Assembly: GCF_000143415.4 (NCBI RefSeq)
Contig: NW_003314309.1
Span: 856,641 to 920,640 of the forward strand
Length of the DNA stretch: 64,000 bases
Reading direction: 5' to 3'
Origin: Selaginella moellendorffii
Lineage: Eukaryota > Plantae > Lycopodiophyta
Shown piece by piece: positions 23,982 through 36,940 of the stretch; within the stretch, counting starts at the first letter, position 1; each line of letters opens with the position of its first letter. The translations under genes were made by a program, and so were the position numbers. A model generated the notes under the pieces. That model was not told where the DNA came from. It did not search any database and saw nothing but the letters and a program-made list of their open reading frames with translations.

Positions 23982-25374
23982 ATGGCACAGAGCAACTGGG
24001 AGGCGGATAAGATGTAAGTTACTGCTGCTGCCACTAATGCAGGTGGTTCCAGCTCGCGCTATCGTGATCTGGGTTCTTGATGAAATGATCGTGTTTCTTA
24101 CGCTTGGATTGATTGATTGAGATGATCTCTTTAGCAGTACGAAGCCGAGTCCTAATGTCGACGCGTCCAAAGGTGAGTTTCGTGTGTCCTTTTTTTTTTT
24201 TGAAGGTTTTATTTGTAGCAGATTTTACGTTCAACGAGGTGGGCTGTCTTCGTGCCAGTACAAATAAAGTTATGTGCTGCCATTTCTCTTCGAGTGGAAA
24301 GCTATTGGCCAGTGCTGGCCATGAAAAGAAGGTGAGCTTCACATTTGGGAGTTTTCTTTTCTGAGCTCTTACAATGGAGGCCGTGCTCTGGAATATGGAC
24401 ACGCTAAAACTCCGGAGTACATTGGAAGAACACACGTCTTTGATAACCGATGTTCGGTTTAGTCCAAATTCGATGCTGTTAGCGACATCATCCTTTGACG
24501 AGACTGTACGAGTATGGCATGCAGACAATGTGAGTTCTTGAATTATTCGTATCTCTTGGTAATGACTTGTTCATTTTCGTGCAGCCAAGCTATTCCTTGC
24601 GCACTTTTACTTGCCATCAAACATCGGTCATGTCCTTAGATTTCCATCCAGCGAACAAAGACCTCTTGTGTTCGTGCGACAGTGATAGCGAGATCAGGTA
24701 CTGGAGTGTAAGCCAGGGCATCTGCACCAAAGTCTTCAAGGTGAATAGCTCTTACCTTTGAGAGTTTCGTTGACTGGTTTTTGTCGATCTTCACAGGGTG
24801 GCATGACTCAAATGCGGTTTCAACCGCGTCATGGCAGGCTTCTTGCTGCCGCCGCCGAGAACCTAGTTTCTATCTTCGATGTCGATGCCGAGACATGCAG
24901 GCATTCTCTTCAGGTAAACGAATCAATACGAGTTTTTTCCAAACCACCGAGTCTGTCCGTCTTCCAGAGGCACACAAAGCCAGTGCATTCCATATGCTGG
25001 GATCAAACCGGTGACTACTTGGCTTCCGTCAGCAAGGACTCAGTCCGAGTCTGGACTCTCCGCTCCGGTGGCGATGGAGAATGCGTTTACGAGCTATGCT
25101 CGAACGAGAACAAGTTCCATTCCTGTGTCTTCCACCCGAGCCATCCGTCGCTACTCATCATCGGCTGCTATGAGGTAGGGAAACCGATAAATCTCTTCGA
25201 AAGTTGTGTAAACGTTTCGCTGTCTCGCAGTCTCTGGAGCTGTGGAACATGGTCGAGAACAAAAGCATGACAATCCCTGCGCACCAGGGCCTGATTGCGG
25301 CCTTGGCACAGTCGCCAGCGACGGGCATGGTTGCGTCGGCCAGCCACGATAAATGCGTGAAGCTGTGGAGATAG
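23982..25374 (+). pseudogene. LUG: LEUNIG/LUH-like WD40 co-repressor, internally deleted
   Basis: Exon 1 MAQSNWEADKM, then directly WD40 exons [36 protein letters not shown] ... [13 protein letters not shown]; rest of LUFS/LisH and Q-rich region missing. Confidence 0.85.
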
Positions 25375-25414
25375 AGAAGAGTTCACACACAAGTTGTGGA
25401 GAGAAGACGATGAA

Positions 25415-26114
25415 AGGAAGTGTATTACTACTCGGTCAAATGTTTGGCCTTGATATTTAGAGATTGTAAGGCAATACCCTAAATGCATTGGAAATTGTCT
25501 TATGGACATTTTAAATGGAATTTCTGTTTTTAAAGGTGTAAGTGTGATTTGAGGAACTTTTGAATTGGCCTAATACAATTTCACAGTTTAGAACTGTTGG
25601 TAAGGCATGTTTAAGTGTGAAATTAGAACTGTTGGTAAGGCATGTTTAAGTATGAGGCATAGTCTAGTCAATGGACATATATTCTTTAATAGAATAAGGA
25701 TAATACCTTCTTTAAGCAAGAGTTTCTGTAGTGAAAGACCAAAAAGAGTAATGGAATTTAGAAATTCAACTGGATAATCTTCTAGGTGTTCAGTATCAAC
25801 AAAGTCAATATTTTTATAAATATGTATATCACTAGGTAAGGAAAAGACTAACATTATTAATAAGAAAAGTATCATCATTAAGTGGGGTAAGTATGACTCT
25901 ATTAGATGCAACATAAGGGTCTGAAATATCCTATAAAGATGGGAAAACAAAATTAACAATAAAGGACATTATTGCCTGTGTGTAAGATAATACAATAGAT
26001 TCTGAAAGCAAATTGGGTAAATTTACGTAATTATTACCATTTCCAATTTAAAAAAGCTAATCAGCTCATAAAAAGTTGTTTTCAATTAGTCTCATATTCC
26101 TTTTTAGTGGAAGT
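25415..26114 (-). mobile_element. Helitron Pif1 helicase C-terminal fragment
   Basis: LPLKRNMRL, YPVEFLNSITLFGL, RQFPMHLGYCLTISKYQGQTFDRV (motif V region). Confidence 0.9.
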
Positions 26115-26393
26115 TGTCACAAATGTGACTTCGGATATCGAAAGCTACCTGTCAATTAATCCTTTCAGATATTCTTTCCTTACTGCCATGACAGCAAAAG
26201 GTCAATATTGTTGGTTCTTTTTATTAGTCCCTTTTGTTCAAGTGTTAGTAAATTGGGTTTAGCACCTGTACTTAGTTAGATGGACATAAAGTAGGAACTC
26301 CTATATATTTCTTGCTGAGCATACTTGGCCTAGCTTTTAGTTCTCTTTTGTTCTGTCTTGCATTGGCTTGACAAAAACCCTTATGTATTGAGA
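26115..26393 (+). mobile_element. Partial LTR (5' end) of the ~1.1 kb family
   Basis: TGTCACAAATGTGACTTCGG matches 12404 onward up to ~12684. Confidence 0.85.
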
Positions 26394-26683
26394 GGCAAAT
26401 TAGACTTGCCAAATATCAATCTCAACATATAATATGATTCTCTTAGTTAACCAATAAAGTTAGACTTAAGACCCACTCTAATACCAAATATAAGCTCTTG
26501 AGTTTAGATTTCCTGAGAGATCACTCGGCTTAATACTATTTAAACCCAAGGACACTTAACCCCAAATATCCTAAGATCTTTAATTGATGGAAAGAGGGGG
26601 TGCACTCTTGTTCATGAGCCCTTTCCCTGTATATTTAAACTCTTATGAATTGTCTTTCAAATTATTTTTTTTAGTTGTTTACA
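26394..26683 (-). mobile_element. Older degenerate Cassandra (5' LTR, PBS, part of internal domain)
   Basis: Colinear with ~10582-10868 with many C-to-T/G-to-A changes; PBS remnant ACTCTAATACCA. Confidence 0.85.
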
Positions 26684-27399
26684 AAAAGTAGCTAGTTGAG
26701 CAAAATTGCAATCTTTTGAAAGAAGAGATTGAAAGTTTGGAAAGAGTAAATTTCAAATTAAAGACTTCCTCAAATCTTGTTGTTAATACTGTTATGCCAC
26801 AAATATCAATATTAGATCAACGTACACAACCAGTTAGAAATAGGAAAGCTATACAATATAAATCTTCCATTTTGAAAAATGTACAAAAGAAAATCTAGGT
26901 AGCAAATAAGTTGAAATGCATAGTTATAAAGACAAATTACATTAATGATATGGTTAAAGAGTTTATTGTTGTGACTGAGTTATCAAAAGGTATAATGTTA
27001 GAATCTATGAAAATTCATCCTATACCTATACAAAGGGAGAACAAGGAAAAAGTATATTTAACCTACAAACACATCTATCATCATATCCATCAGACAAATT
27101 TTATAGTTGCGGAGTTTAAGAAGTGTTTTTAAATTGATTTTAGTGTTCAGATTTATATTTATATTTTGGTCAAATTTACTTGGAAATATAGATTAAATCA
27201 AAATTTAAAAGATGAAGAGTGTTTTTTTTTTGGTCCTTTTTGTGCTTTTTGTGTTTGTCGTCCATGTGACCTTGCTCGATCCACGAGAATTTGCTGCTTT
27301 CTGTCCTGGTTTTCATTGCGTGTTTTCTTGTGACTTCATTGTGTTCTATGAAGGTCTGTGAGGATGTGACTTTCATTGTCAGGAATTTCTCCTGCTGGT

Positions 27400-28030
27400 G
27401 GTTCAAGATGATGTGTCAAGATTCTATAGAATATTTGAAAAAGAGGATATTCCAAAGAGTCTAGTGATGACAGCTTGGTGTGAGCCAGAGAGGCAGACCC
27501 AAAGCAGTGACACGGCAGTGCAAGGCAGTTGGGTCAGTACAATGTGCCCACATTGTTGGCAGGAGTGGATTAAATTGTTGGTTGAAGTTTAAGCCAAGCT
27601 GTTAGAAGAAGAGAAGCTTCACATTCCTTTGCAACTCTTGCAGTGTTGAGTCCAGGGTTCTGGCTTGGTGGCCATCTTGTTCATTTGGGATCTGCAAGAG
27701 GGGACTAGAGAGCAAATCACAAACAGTGTCATTGATTTCTATGGCAAGTGTGGAAGTATATCTGCTGCTTAGCACATCTTAAATTCCTCCGTGATATCCA
27801 GGGATGTGGTTCTGTGGAACATGCTGATAGCAGGCTTTAGCCACCAAGGCAATGCAGCCAAAGTGGTGGAGATGAGCTGCTAGAGGAGGGTGCTAAGCCG
27901 GATGAATTTACGTTCCTCTTGGTTATTGCAGCGTGCAGTGCTGTGAGATGGATCTGAGCAGGGCCAGAAGCTTTTCCAGGAGATGTGGAGGTATGGCGTA
28001 GCTCCAGGAAGAGTTGCCCAGTGTGATGCG
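27400..28030 (+). pseudogene. PLS-class PPR pseudogene fragment
   Basis: NSVIDFYGKCGSISAA*, RDVVLWNMLIAGFSHQG, KPDEFTFLLVIAACS with stops and deletions; boundaries approximate. Confidence 0.85.
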
Positions 28031-28660
28031 AGCAGCCTGAATCAAGGGAGGTCCACTGTGAATTGCCAAGGGAGGATAGTGTTGTATTTCTCCTTTTTCA
28101 CACCAGCTAATCGTTAGTTAAGCTGTGCCGATCTCTGGTTGGACATCCACAATTTTTTTATGAAAAACAGGCCTCAGATCGGATGGTTGCCAGAGGTTAG
28201 ATAGATAAAAATAAAATAAAACAAACAGAACATTTGCGTATAGTTTTATACTAAGTACAAGAAAAAACAATTTCTCCTTGAGATTACAATTGGCATGACT
28301 ATAGAGCCTGAACTTGGTTGTCTGTAAAGATGCTGGATTTCTTCAAATGATAAAGGCCTAGAACTGAGATGAAGAAGAGACTCTGTCTGTGGTCTGTCCA
28401 TCCAGCAAGCTCGAAAGAAGGCTGGCCTCAATAAAGTCTTTAGGAGCAATCTCTTGGCAAAGCCGCTGAGCGTGGTGATGGACATATGCCTGTGATGCCA
28501 TGCATAAGTGAAAGTTTGTTTGAAGGAAACGTAGTTTAAAGGTAGCTTAATCTCGAGGCCATGTTAACATGGCTCTAAGTCTGGTCTTCTAGGGTTTAAG
28601 AGATGGAGGGAGCGATGACGCAGGTATGCCGCGCTCTCGCGATCTTCGTTTCCAGATGTA

Positions 28661-31600
28661 ATGCTTGGATTCAAGGCGCGCCGGCTCACCGCCGCATTGC
28701 GATCTCCCGGCGACGAGAATGGGCGGATCTTCGACGTGGACAAGGCCTACCTCGATCGGATGAGGATTTTGGAGCGGTTGCGGCAGCACTATCCGTCGGC
28801 TGCCAAGGAAGGAGAGGCGGACGGCGTTGAGTTTGGAAGCGATTTGGATTTTCGGGCGCCGTGCAAGGAGGAGAAGCGAGTTGAGACGATATTCACGAAG
28901 CCAAGGGAAGATCCTCCGGCCATTGTGAATCTTCGATGGGTGCAAGACATATGCAAAGAGTCTGGGGACGAGCTAGCCTTTGCAGTGTGTCGCGTTCTGG
29001 AGTCATCGGACTCTGGAGATCAGGTAACAAGAATGAATTTGGAAGCTCTCATGTTTTCTCTTGCTGTTTTTTTTTTTCTTTCTTCTCTTACAGATTGCCG
29101 GCTACTTGTTTGATCTTATGGGGGATAACGGATTTGAGCACATCCAAGTTTTGCTCCAGGTTTTTCCATCCATCTTTGTGATGGTCAGTTGTTTAAAGTT
29201 TTACTTCTTGCAGTGCAGGAAAGAGCTCGTGGAAGCGTTTCACAAGGGTCTGTCTCGTTTGAAATTGGAAAATCCTTCTCAATCAAACCAAGGACGTGTA
29301 CCGAGCTATGGCACTCAGGTATTAAGTTTCTGCAGCGAACTTGAACTTACCTTTCATGGTTTCAGGTTAGTGTACAGACTAGTTTAGATCGCCAGATCGA
29401 TAAACTGCGACGAAAAGAGGAAAAGAGACATGGAAAACGTGGGGAAGAATCGGAGCTCGACTGGACTGGTGGATTTTCTGCCGTAGTTGATGCTAGCGAG
29501 AGGCCTGATGAAGGGATAGAAGGTCTAGTTGGGAAAGGTGATGGTTTCACTGGCATGACCGGGGCATCCCTTCCACCGGGTTCTGTGAAAAAGGTTTTCA
29601 AAGGCTACGAAGAGGTGCAAGTACCACCCACACCAACATCGTCGTTGAAGCCTGGAGAATTCCTGGTACGGATAACATGGATTTTTCTCTGCTGAAAAGT
29701 TTCTGCTTTGGTGGACAGGTTAAAATTTCCGAGCTTGATGACATATCACAGGCAGCTTTCCAAGGGTACCAGACCCTCAATCGCATTCAAAGCCGGATCT
29801 TTCCAACAGCGTATAACAGCAACGAAAACATATTGGTACCCGAAAAACTCATTATGGTTCATGTATCCTCTTATACTTTGGCAGGTCTGTGCACCGACAG
29901 GAGCCGGAAAAACTAACATTGCCATGATCACGGTTCTACATGAGGTAAGTAAACTTTTATAGACTGTTTTGTCTATAGTCACATTCTATTTAGATAAGGA
30001 AACACTTTAAGTTTGGAGTTCTACAAAAAAGCGAGTTCAAGATCGTCTACATTGCTCCAATGAAGGTGATCAGAATGATTCGTCGTTATTTAGATTAATC
30101 TTCGCTTGTAAAGGCACTTGCAGCGGAAGTAACAGCAGCATTTGGTCGAAGGCTTGCACCACTGAATGTTGTTGTCAAGGAGCTTACAGGTGACATGCAG
30201 CTCACCAAGAGAGAGCTTGAAGAGACGCAGGTTCTTAAACTTGCCAGCAAACTTTTGATTCTGACTCGTTCCTTGGCAGATGATCGTAACCACACCGGAG
30301 AAGTGGGATGTGATCACACGAAAAACCAGTGATATGGCTCTCGCGACTCTTGTGAAGTTGCTTATTATTGACGAGGTGCATCTTCTAAACGATGATCGTG
30401 GAGCCGTCATTGAAGCACTTGTTGCGAGAACATTGAGACAGGTCTTACTTTGGTTTTCTTATTGTCACATTGTTTAATATACTAGAGAACAGGTCGAATC
30501 AAGTCAAAGCATGATCAGGATTGTTGGCCTCTCAGCAACTCTACCAAACTATATAGAGGTTCTTTTGCTTTTACAAATAAGTGATCTTGAGCTAAAGACT
30601 TTGTTTCTTAGGTGGCTAAGTTTTTGAGGGTGAGTCCCGAAACCGGGTTGTTCTACTTTGATGCAAGTTATCGTCCAGTGCCTCTGATGCAAAACTACGT
30701 GGGCGTCACTGAACCAAACTTTGCGCTACGCAATAGTATTATGAATGAAGTGTGCTACGGAAAGGTTCGGCAAGCAAATTTAGGAATCCATGCTGATAAT
30801 AAACGTTGAATGTGTAGATATTGGAGGCGGTTCGTCACGATCAGCAAGCAATGGTCTTTGTGCATTCTCGGAAAGATACCGTGAAAACTGCTCGTATACT
30901 GGTACCAGCCCTTTCGTTTTGTTGTTTTTTTTTTTTCTTTTTTTGGTTTTTTAACCATTTACTCAAGGTTGATATAGCACAAAGAAATGGCGAGATAGGC
31001 CTTTTCTTGAATATGGATCATCCTCAGTATGGAATAATGAAGGTACTTTTCTGGCTGCATTATTTTATTGTTCTTGGTTTTTCTTTGTCGCAGAGAGAAG
31101 CTTCGAACTCAAAGAGCAAGGAGCTTTGGGAACTCTTCCAGTCCGGGTTTGGAGTTCATCACGCTGGGATGCTACGCTCTCAGAGAAACTTGGCAGAACG
31201 TTTTTTTTCAGAAGGGCTCTTGAAGGTATACCGTCAGTTGCGAGAATCTTGTCCTCAAGGGTCTGATATTGCAGATTTTGGTTTGTACTGCAACATTGGC
31301 CTGGGGTGTAAATCTACCAGCTCATACCGTCATTATCAAGGTAACAGCCATCTACATTAATGCTATCATTTTTGTTGTCTAACTCTTAAAATTGGAAACA
31401 GGGTACTCAACTATACGATCCAAAAGCTGGTGGTTGGCGAGAACTCGGCATTCTTGATGTCATGCAGGTATACAACGAACTTCTCTTGACTTGAGATTGA
31501 AATGGCTTTTTTAGATTTTTGGACGCGCAGGGCGTCCGCAGTTTGATTCAAGTGGAGAAGGAATTATTATTACTACCCATGACAAGCTTGCACATTATTT

Positions 31601-34600
31601 GCGATTGATGACGCACCAATTACCCATTGAGAGCCAAGTAAGATCAATGTTTACTTTCATACCTTTAGTTTTTCAACCTGCTTATCACTTGCAGTTTGTA
31701 AGCGCTTTGAAAGATAACTTGAACGCGGAAGTGGTTCTTGGAACTGTTACTAACGTTCGTGAAGCGTCAACTTGGCTCAGCTACACATATTTGTTCGTGC
31801 GAATGACGGCCAGCCCGCTAGCTTATGGATTGGAATGGAATGAGGTATGAGCCTTTTCTTACTTAACTTATTATTAAATGTAATGTGGTTCATAGGCCAT
31901 GAATGATCCTCAACTTGTTGCGAAACGAAATGCTCTAATTGTAGATGCTGCTCGTGCGCTGAATAAGGCAAAAATGTTACGTTTTGATGAAAAAAGTGGC
32001 AACTTCTATGTCACGGACTTGGGCCGTGTTGCAAGCCATTTTTATCTTCAATACAGGAGTGTGGAAACTTACAACGAGATGCTTAAGCAGCATATGAGTG
32101 ATAGCGAGGTACCTATTTTTGTTGTTTGTACAAATTGACGTTCTTCGTGCCTACGTTTGCAGCTTTTTAAGCTGGTCTCGCATTCATCTGAATTTGAAAA
32201 CATTATGGTGAGGGAAGAAGAGCAACAAGAAATAGCTAAGCTTCTCCATACCTCTTGCCCTTTGGAAGCTTATGGTGGGGCTGAGAGCAAATATGGAAAA
32301 ATCAACGTTCTTATACAAGTGAGTAATATGTAGCGGGTATGCACGCGATTACGTAATTGCTTTATTTTTCTCAGGTCTATATATCTCAAGGTTACTTGGA
32401 TGGGTTTTCTCTTATTGTTGATAGTGCCTACATAAGTGCAAGCTTGGGACGCATTATGAGAGCGTTGTTTGAAATTTGCTTGCGGCGTGGCTGGTGTTCA
32501 ATGTCGGCAATGATTCTAGAATATTGCAAGGCTGTAGACCACCGTATTTGGCCTCATCAGCATCCTTTGCGACAATTTCACGGAGTCCTTTCCCCCGAGG
32601 TTGGCTTGCTAGAATCGCTTTTGCTTCGGCTCTAAGTCTTTTCTGTCAGGTGCTGCGTAAACTGGAAGACCGCGGTGCTGACTTGGATAAACTTTATGAC
32701 ATGAATGAAAAAGAGATTGGCTCTTTGATCAGCAGTCCCTATGGGGGAAAGGTAAATGGCTCTTCAAGTAACAGCCTCCAACGTTATTCGATTTCAGCTG
32801 GTACGTCAATGTATGGATCACTTCCCGTTCATCAATCTGTCTGCAAACGTGAGTCCAATTACGCGGACTGTTCTTCAGGTAAATGAGCGTTTCTGTATGT
32901 AGCAAAATCTCAACTTTTTTCTTCGGTTGTAGGTCACCTTAACTATTACCGCGGATTTTACTTGGAAGGACAGGTTTCATGGGACGGCTTTAAGATGGTG
33001 GATTTGGGTGGAGGTATGTCGACCAAGTCTTTGGTAGCGAATTGAAGCTGGTTGTAACTGTAGGATTCGGATAACGAGCATATTTACCACTCGGAGCACT
33101 GGACATTGACCAAGAAAATGGTGGCGGAAGGAAGCCAGACAATTTCATTCACCATTCCCATTTTTGAGCCAATTCCCTCGCAGTATTACATTCGTACCAT
33201 TTCGGACACGTGGTTACAAGCGTCCTACCTATATACACTCTCTTTTCAGCATCTTATCTTACCAGAGGTACGTTTCGTGTTTGCTAGCATGACTGTATAT
33301 CACGCTCTTGTTCTCTACGCAGCTCCACCCTCCACACACCGAGCTACTAAACCTTCGACCATTGCCGGTGTCAGCCTTGAAAAACCAGAAATATGAAGAA
33401 CGATACAAGTTTTCACATTTCAATCCTATCCAAACGCAGGTACTGTCATCCATTTAAGGAGTTACCGGTGACTCAATGTCGTTTGCAGGCTTTTCACACT
33501 TTGTACCAAACTGATCATAATGTTCTGCTGGGCGCTCCAACTGGGAGTGGAAAAACAATATCCTCAGAGCTTGCCATGCTTCGCCTTTTTAACACACAAC
33601 CAGATATGAAGGTAACATCTTTCTGTTTTTAGAGATGTCGTAGCTAAGAACTGTGCACTTCAGGTCATATACATTGCTCCTTTAAAGGCTCTTGTACGGG
33701 AAAGAGTTGACGACTGGAAGAAAAGTCTGGTACCCACGCTTGGAAAGAAGCTGGTATGTCAATTTTCCAGTAGTTTTTATGACGATTCAACTGTGTTGTA
33801 GGTGGAATTAACGGGCGATTTTACTCCGGATTTACTTGCGTTGCTTGAAGCAGATATCATCATTTCAACTCCTGAAAAATGGGACGGTATTAGTCGTAGT
33901 TGGCACAACAGAAGCTACGTTACAAAGGTCGGCCTGATGATCATTGACGAAATACATTTGCTAGGCGCAGACAGAGGTCCGATCCTTGAGGTAGTGGAAG
34001 TCTCTTTTGATAGTAAAGTTGTCAGGAAATAACGTAATTGGTATGCAGGTTATAGTATCCCGGATGCGCTATATTTCTTCTCAAACCGCTCGTCATGTTC
34101 GATTTGTTGGCCTGTCAACGGCCCTTGCGAATGCAAAGTGAGTCTTAGGCATGCAAGACTCACGTTTAATATTTTGTTTCAGGGATTTGGGAGACTGGCT
34201 GGGCATTGAAAATGTTGGACTGTATAATTTCAAGCCAAGCGTTCGCCCAGTACCACTAGAAGTTCATATACAGGTAAATTAAACAAAACATGTACTGCTA
34301 CTGCAACGCTTTGCTGCTTCCTACAGGGATATCCTGGGAAGTTTTACTGCCCTCGAATGAATAGCATGAACAAACCAACTTACGCTGCTATCAGAACACA
34401 CTCGCCTTTGAAGCCGGTTTTGATATTTGTCTCTTCTCGTCGTCAAACTCGACTTACTGCCTTCGATCTCATTCAGGTATGCCATTTAGCTTTTGTTCGA
34501 TGGCATTTTGTAATTTCATTGTACCAGTTCGCAGCCCAAGACGAACAGCCACGCCAGTTTTTGCAAATGAATGAAGAGGACAACAGCATGATTCTGTACA

Positions 34601-36791
34601 AGGTTGTGGATAGTAGTCTAAAGCACACATTGCAGTTTGGGATCGGGTTGCACCATGCTGGTCTCTGTGACAGTGACAGAACTCTAGTTGAGGAGCTCTT
34701 TTACAACAACAAAATTCAGGTAAACACTTTTTCGTTTTTACGATGGTCGATATACCTTTTGTTTTCTGAACAGGTTTTAGTTTGCACGAGCACTTTAGCT
34801 TGGGGAATCAATCTCCCAGCACATCTAGTTGTAATCAAGGTATGCGTTTGCTACTTGATTGTTGTCTTGAATTGGGAAATCTTTTTTGTGTAGGGGACCG
34901 AGTATTTTGATGGAAAGTCTAAACGCTACATTGATTATCCTATCACGGATGTATTGCAAATGATGGGCCGGGCAGGACGGCCCCAGTTCGATCAACACGG
35001 AAAGGCTGTAATATTGGTTCATGAACCGAAGAAAAGCTTCTACAAGAAGGTTTGATAGCTCAACGACGTTGGACCGATCCATCTTAACGTTCTGAACGGT
35101 GGCAGTTTTTATATGAACCTTTTCCAGTTGAAAGCAGCTTGGTTCACCACCTTCATAATCACTTGAACGCAGAGATAGCTGCTGGAACAATTGCAACAAA
35201 GCAAGATGCTCTTTACTATTTGACATGGACGTATCTGTACCGGCGGCTGGTTATGAATCCAAGCTACTACGGTTTGGAAGACACAGCAGCTGAGTCCGTC
35301 AATCATTTCTTGTCAAGGTGATGTTTTCTGCCGATGCTCTCTTAACATTGACTGCTTTGCTCTCTTTTAGTCTTGTAAATGGCACACTTGAAGCACTAGA
35401 TGACGCTGGGTGCATCAAAGTGAGCGAAGACAACGTAGAGATACAGATGCCGGGACTCATTGCTTCAAAATACTATCTTCACTACACAACAGTAGCACTT
35501 TTCAGCTCAAACGTACACTCTGAGAGTTCATTGGAGGTACGATCGTTGAAAAGGTAGACCTGTGGCTGATTGATCTTTGTGAGCAGGAGCTATTACAGCT
35601 GCTTTCATCTGCTGCGGAGTATGACGAGCTTCCTGTCCGGCATAACGAGGTACAGCCGCTTCGGGTTTTCGTTTACTGACCAGCACAACCTTCCAGGAAA
35701 ACCTGAATGCGATTCTTGCGCAGCAAGCACGAATGCGTGTGGACAATAAGCTGCTAGATGACCCTCATGTGAAGGCCAACTTGCTGTTTCAGGTAAAACA
35801 GAGAACGACTAGCTCGTGAATCCAGCGCTGAAGTTTCATTTTATCAGGCTCATTTCTCACGACTGGAGCTGCCAATTTCTGACTACGTGACAGACACGAA
35901 GTCAGTGCTGGACCAAAGCATACGTATACTTCAAGCGATGGTGGATGCTGCGGCCAATGGAGGATGGCTGAGAACGACCATTCGGGCTATGCAACTCTTG
36001 CAGATGATTATGCAGGTAGAGCTGATGATTTCATTGCGATGTTATTATAATTCGCGTCTCTGACAGGGAACATGGTCTGATCATTCGCCTTTGCTCATGC
36101 TGCCAAACACAACCACGGAGCTCTTGCCTTCGCTGCCATTCGCTACGTTGGACGAGTTCCTGTCCTTGCCGTCACAACGCTTGCGCAAGCTGTTCGAGCG
36201 CTTTATGTCTCAGTCCCAAGTTCACGAAGTCATACAGGTGATTATCTCCACGCTTGACGGGTGGGTTCTTGTTTGTGACTTTGGTCCTTGTTGCATTGCC
36301 AGGCATGGAATTTTCTTCCACGAATCGATCTTACGTGGAGGATGCGAGATCAAAGGCTGAGTGAGGGGGACAAGTTCACGTCGTTCGCAATAGACATCGA
36401 AGTCAAGTCCAACAACACAAGGAGAAGCAGCACTCGAGCTTTCCTGCCTCGATACTCGAAAGTGAGTCTCGCAGTTTCGATTGAGTAACACTTTTTACAT
36501 TTTCCTCTTGTGCTTGGTTTTTAGTCCAAGGAAGAGGGATGGTGGATCGTTGTAGGAAGCACAAGTACTTGGGAGCTCTTCGCCATGAGGCGCGTGAGCA
36601 TCAAAGACAAGCGTCTCAGCACAAGCGTTGCAGTGCCAAGAGTTCCTGCGGGAACACAGGTAAAGAGGATCATGATGAAATTTTTCCTGGATTGATTCTC
36701 TTGTTTGTTTTCGTGATTCCAGGAGATAGCGCTGTTCCTCGTCTCAGATTGCTACGTTGGCCTCGATCAAACTCATACCATCCCGGTTTAG
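28661..36791 (+). CDS. ASCC3: Ski2-like tandem-cassette helicase, ASCC3/DExH14 type, dozens of ~50-bp introns
   Basis: Two cassettes ([12 protein letters not shown]; [12 protein letters not shown]), Sec63 domains, N-terminus [15 protein letters not shown] like plant DExH14, ends [16 protein letters not shown]. Confidence 0.92.
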
Positions 36792-36849
36792 TCCAATCTC
36801 TCTTTCGTGCTTTCATTCCACACGAACCAAGTGCTAGAAATCAGAGCAA

Positions 36850-36940
36850 ATGGCGATCTCTGCGCGGACGAGTTTGGCGTTCTGACCCGATCCGATACAA
36901 CTGGGATCGATCGATCGAACGACGATCGACGAGAAGATGG
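36850..36940 (+). pseudogene. Deleted, inverted remnant of the CLE gene's last exon
   Basis: TGCGCGGACGAGTTTGGCGT..CCCGATCCGAT matches the reverse complement of ~45240-45392 with deletions through the CLE motif. Confidence 0.65.

Noticed and set aside
26716-27132. Two adjacent AT-rich ORFs
   Set aside because: Likely one decayed frame split by a stop; no motif recognised.
28661-36791. Brr2/SNRNP200 assignment
   Set aside because: The N-terminus and the [15 protein letters not shown] second cassette fit ASCC3/DExH14 better; no phylogeny was run.
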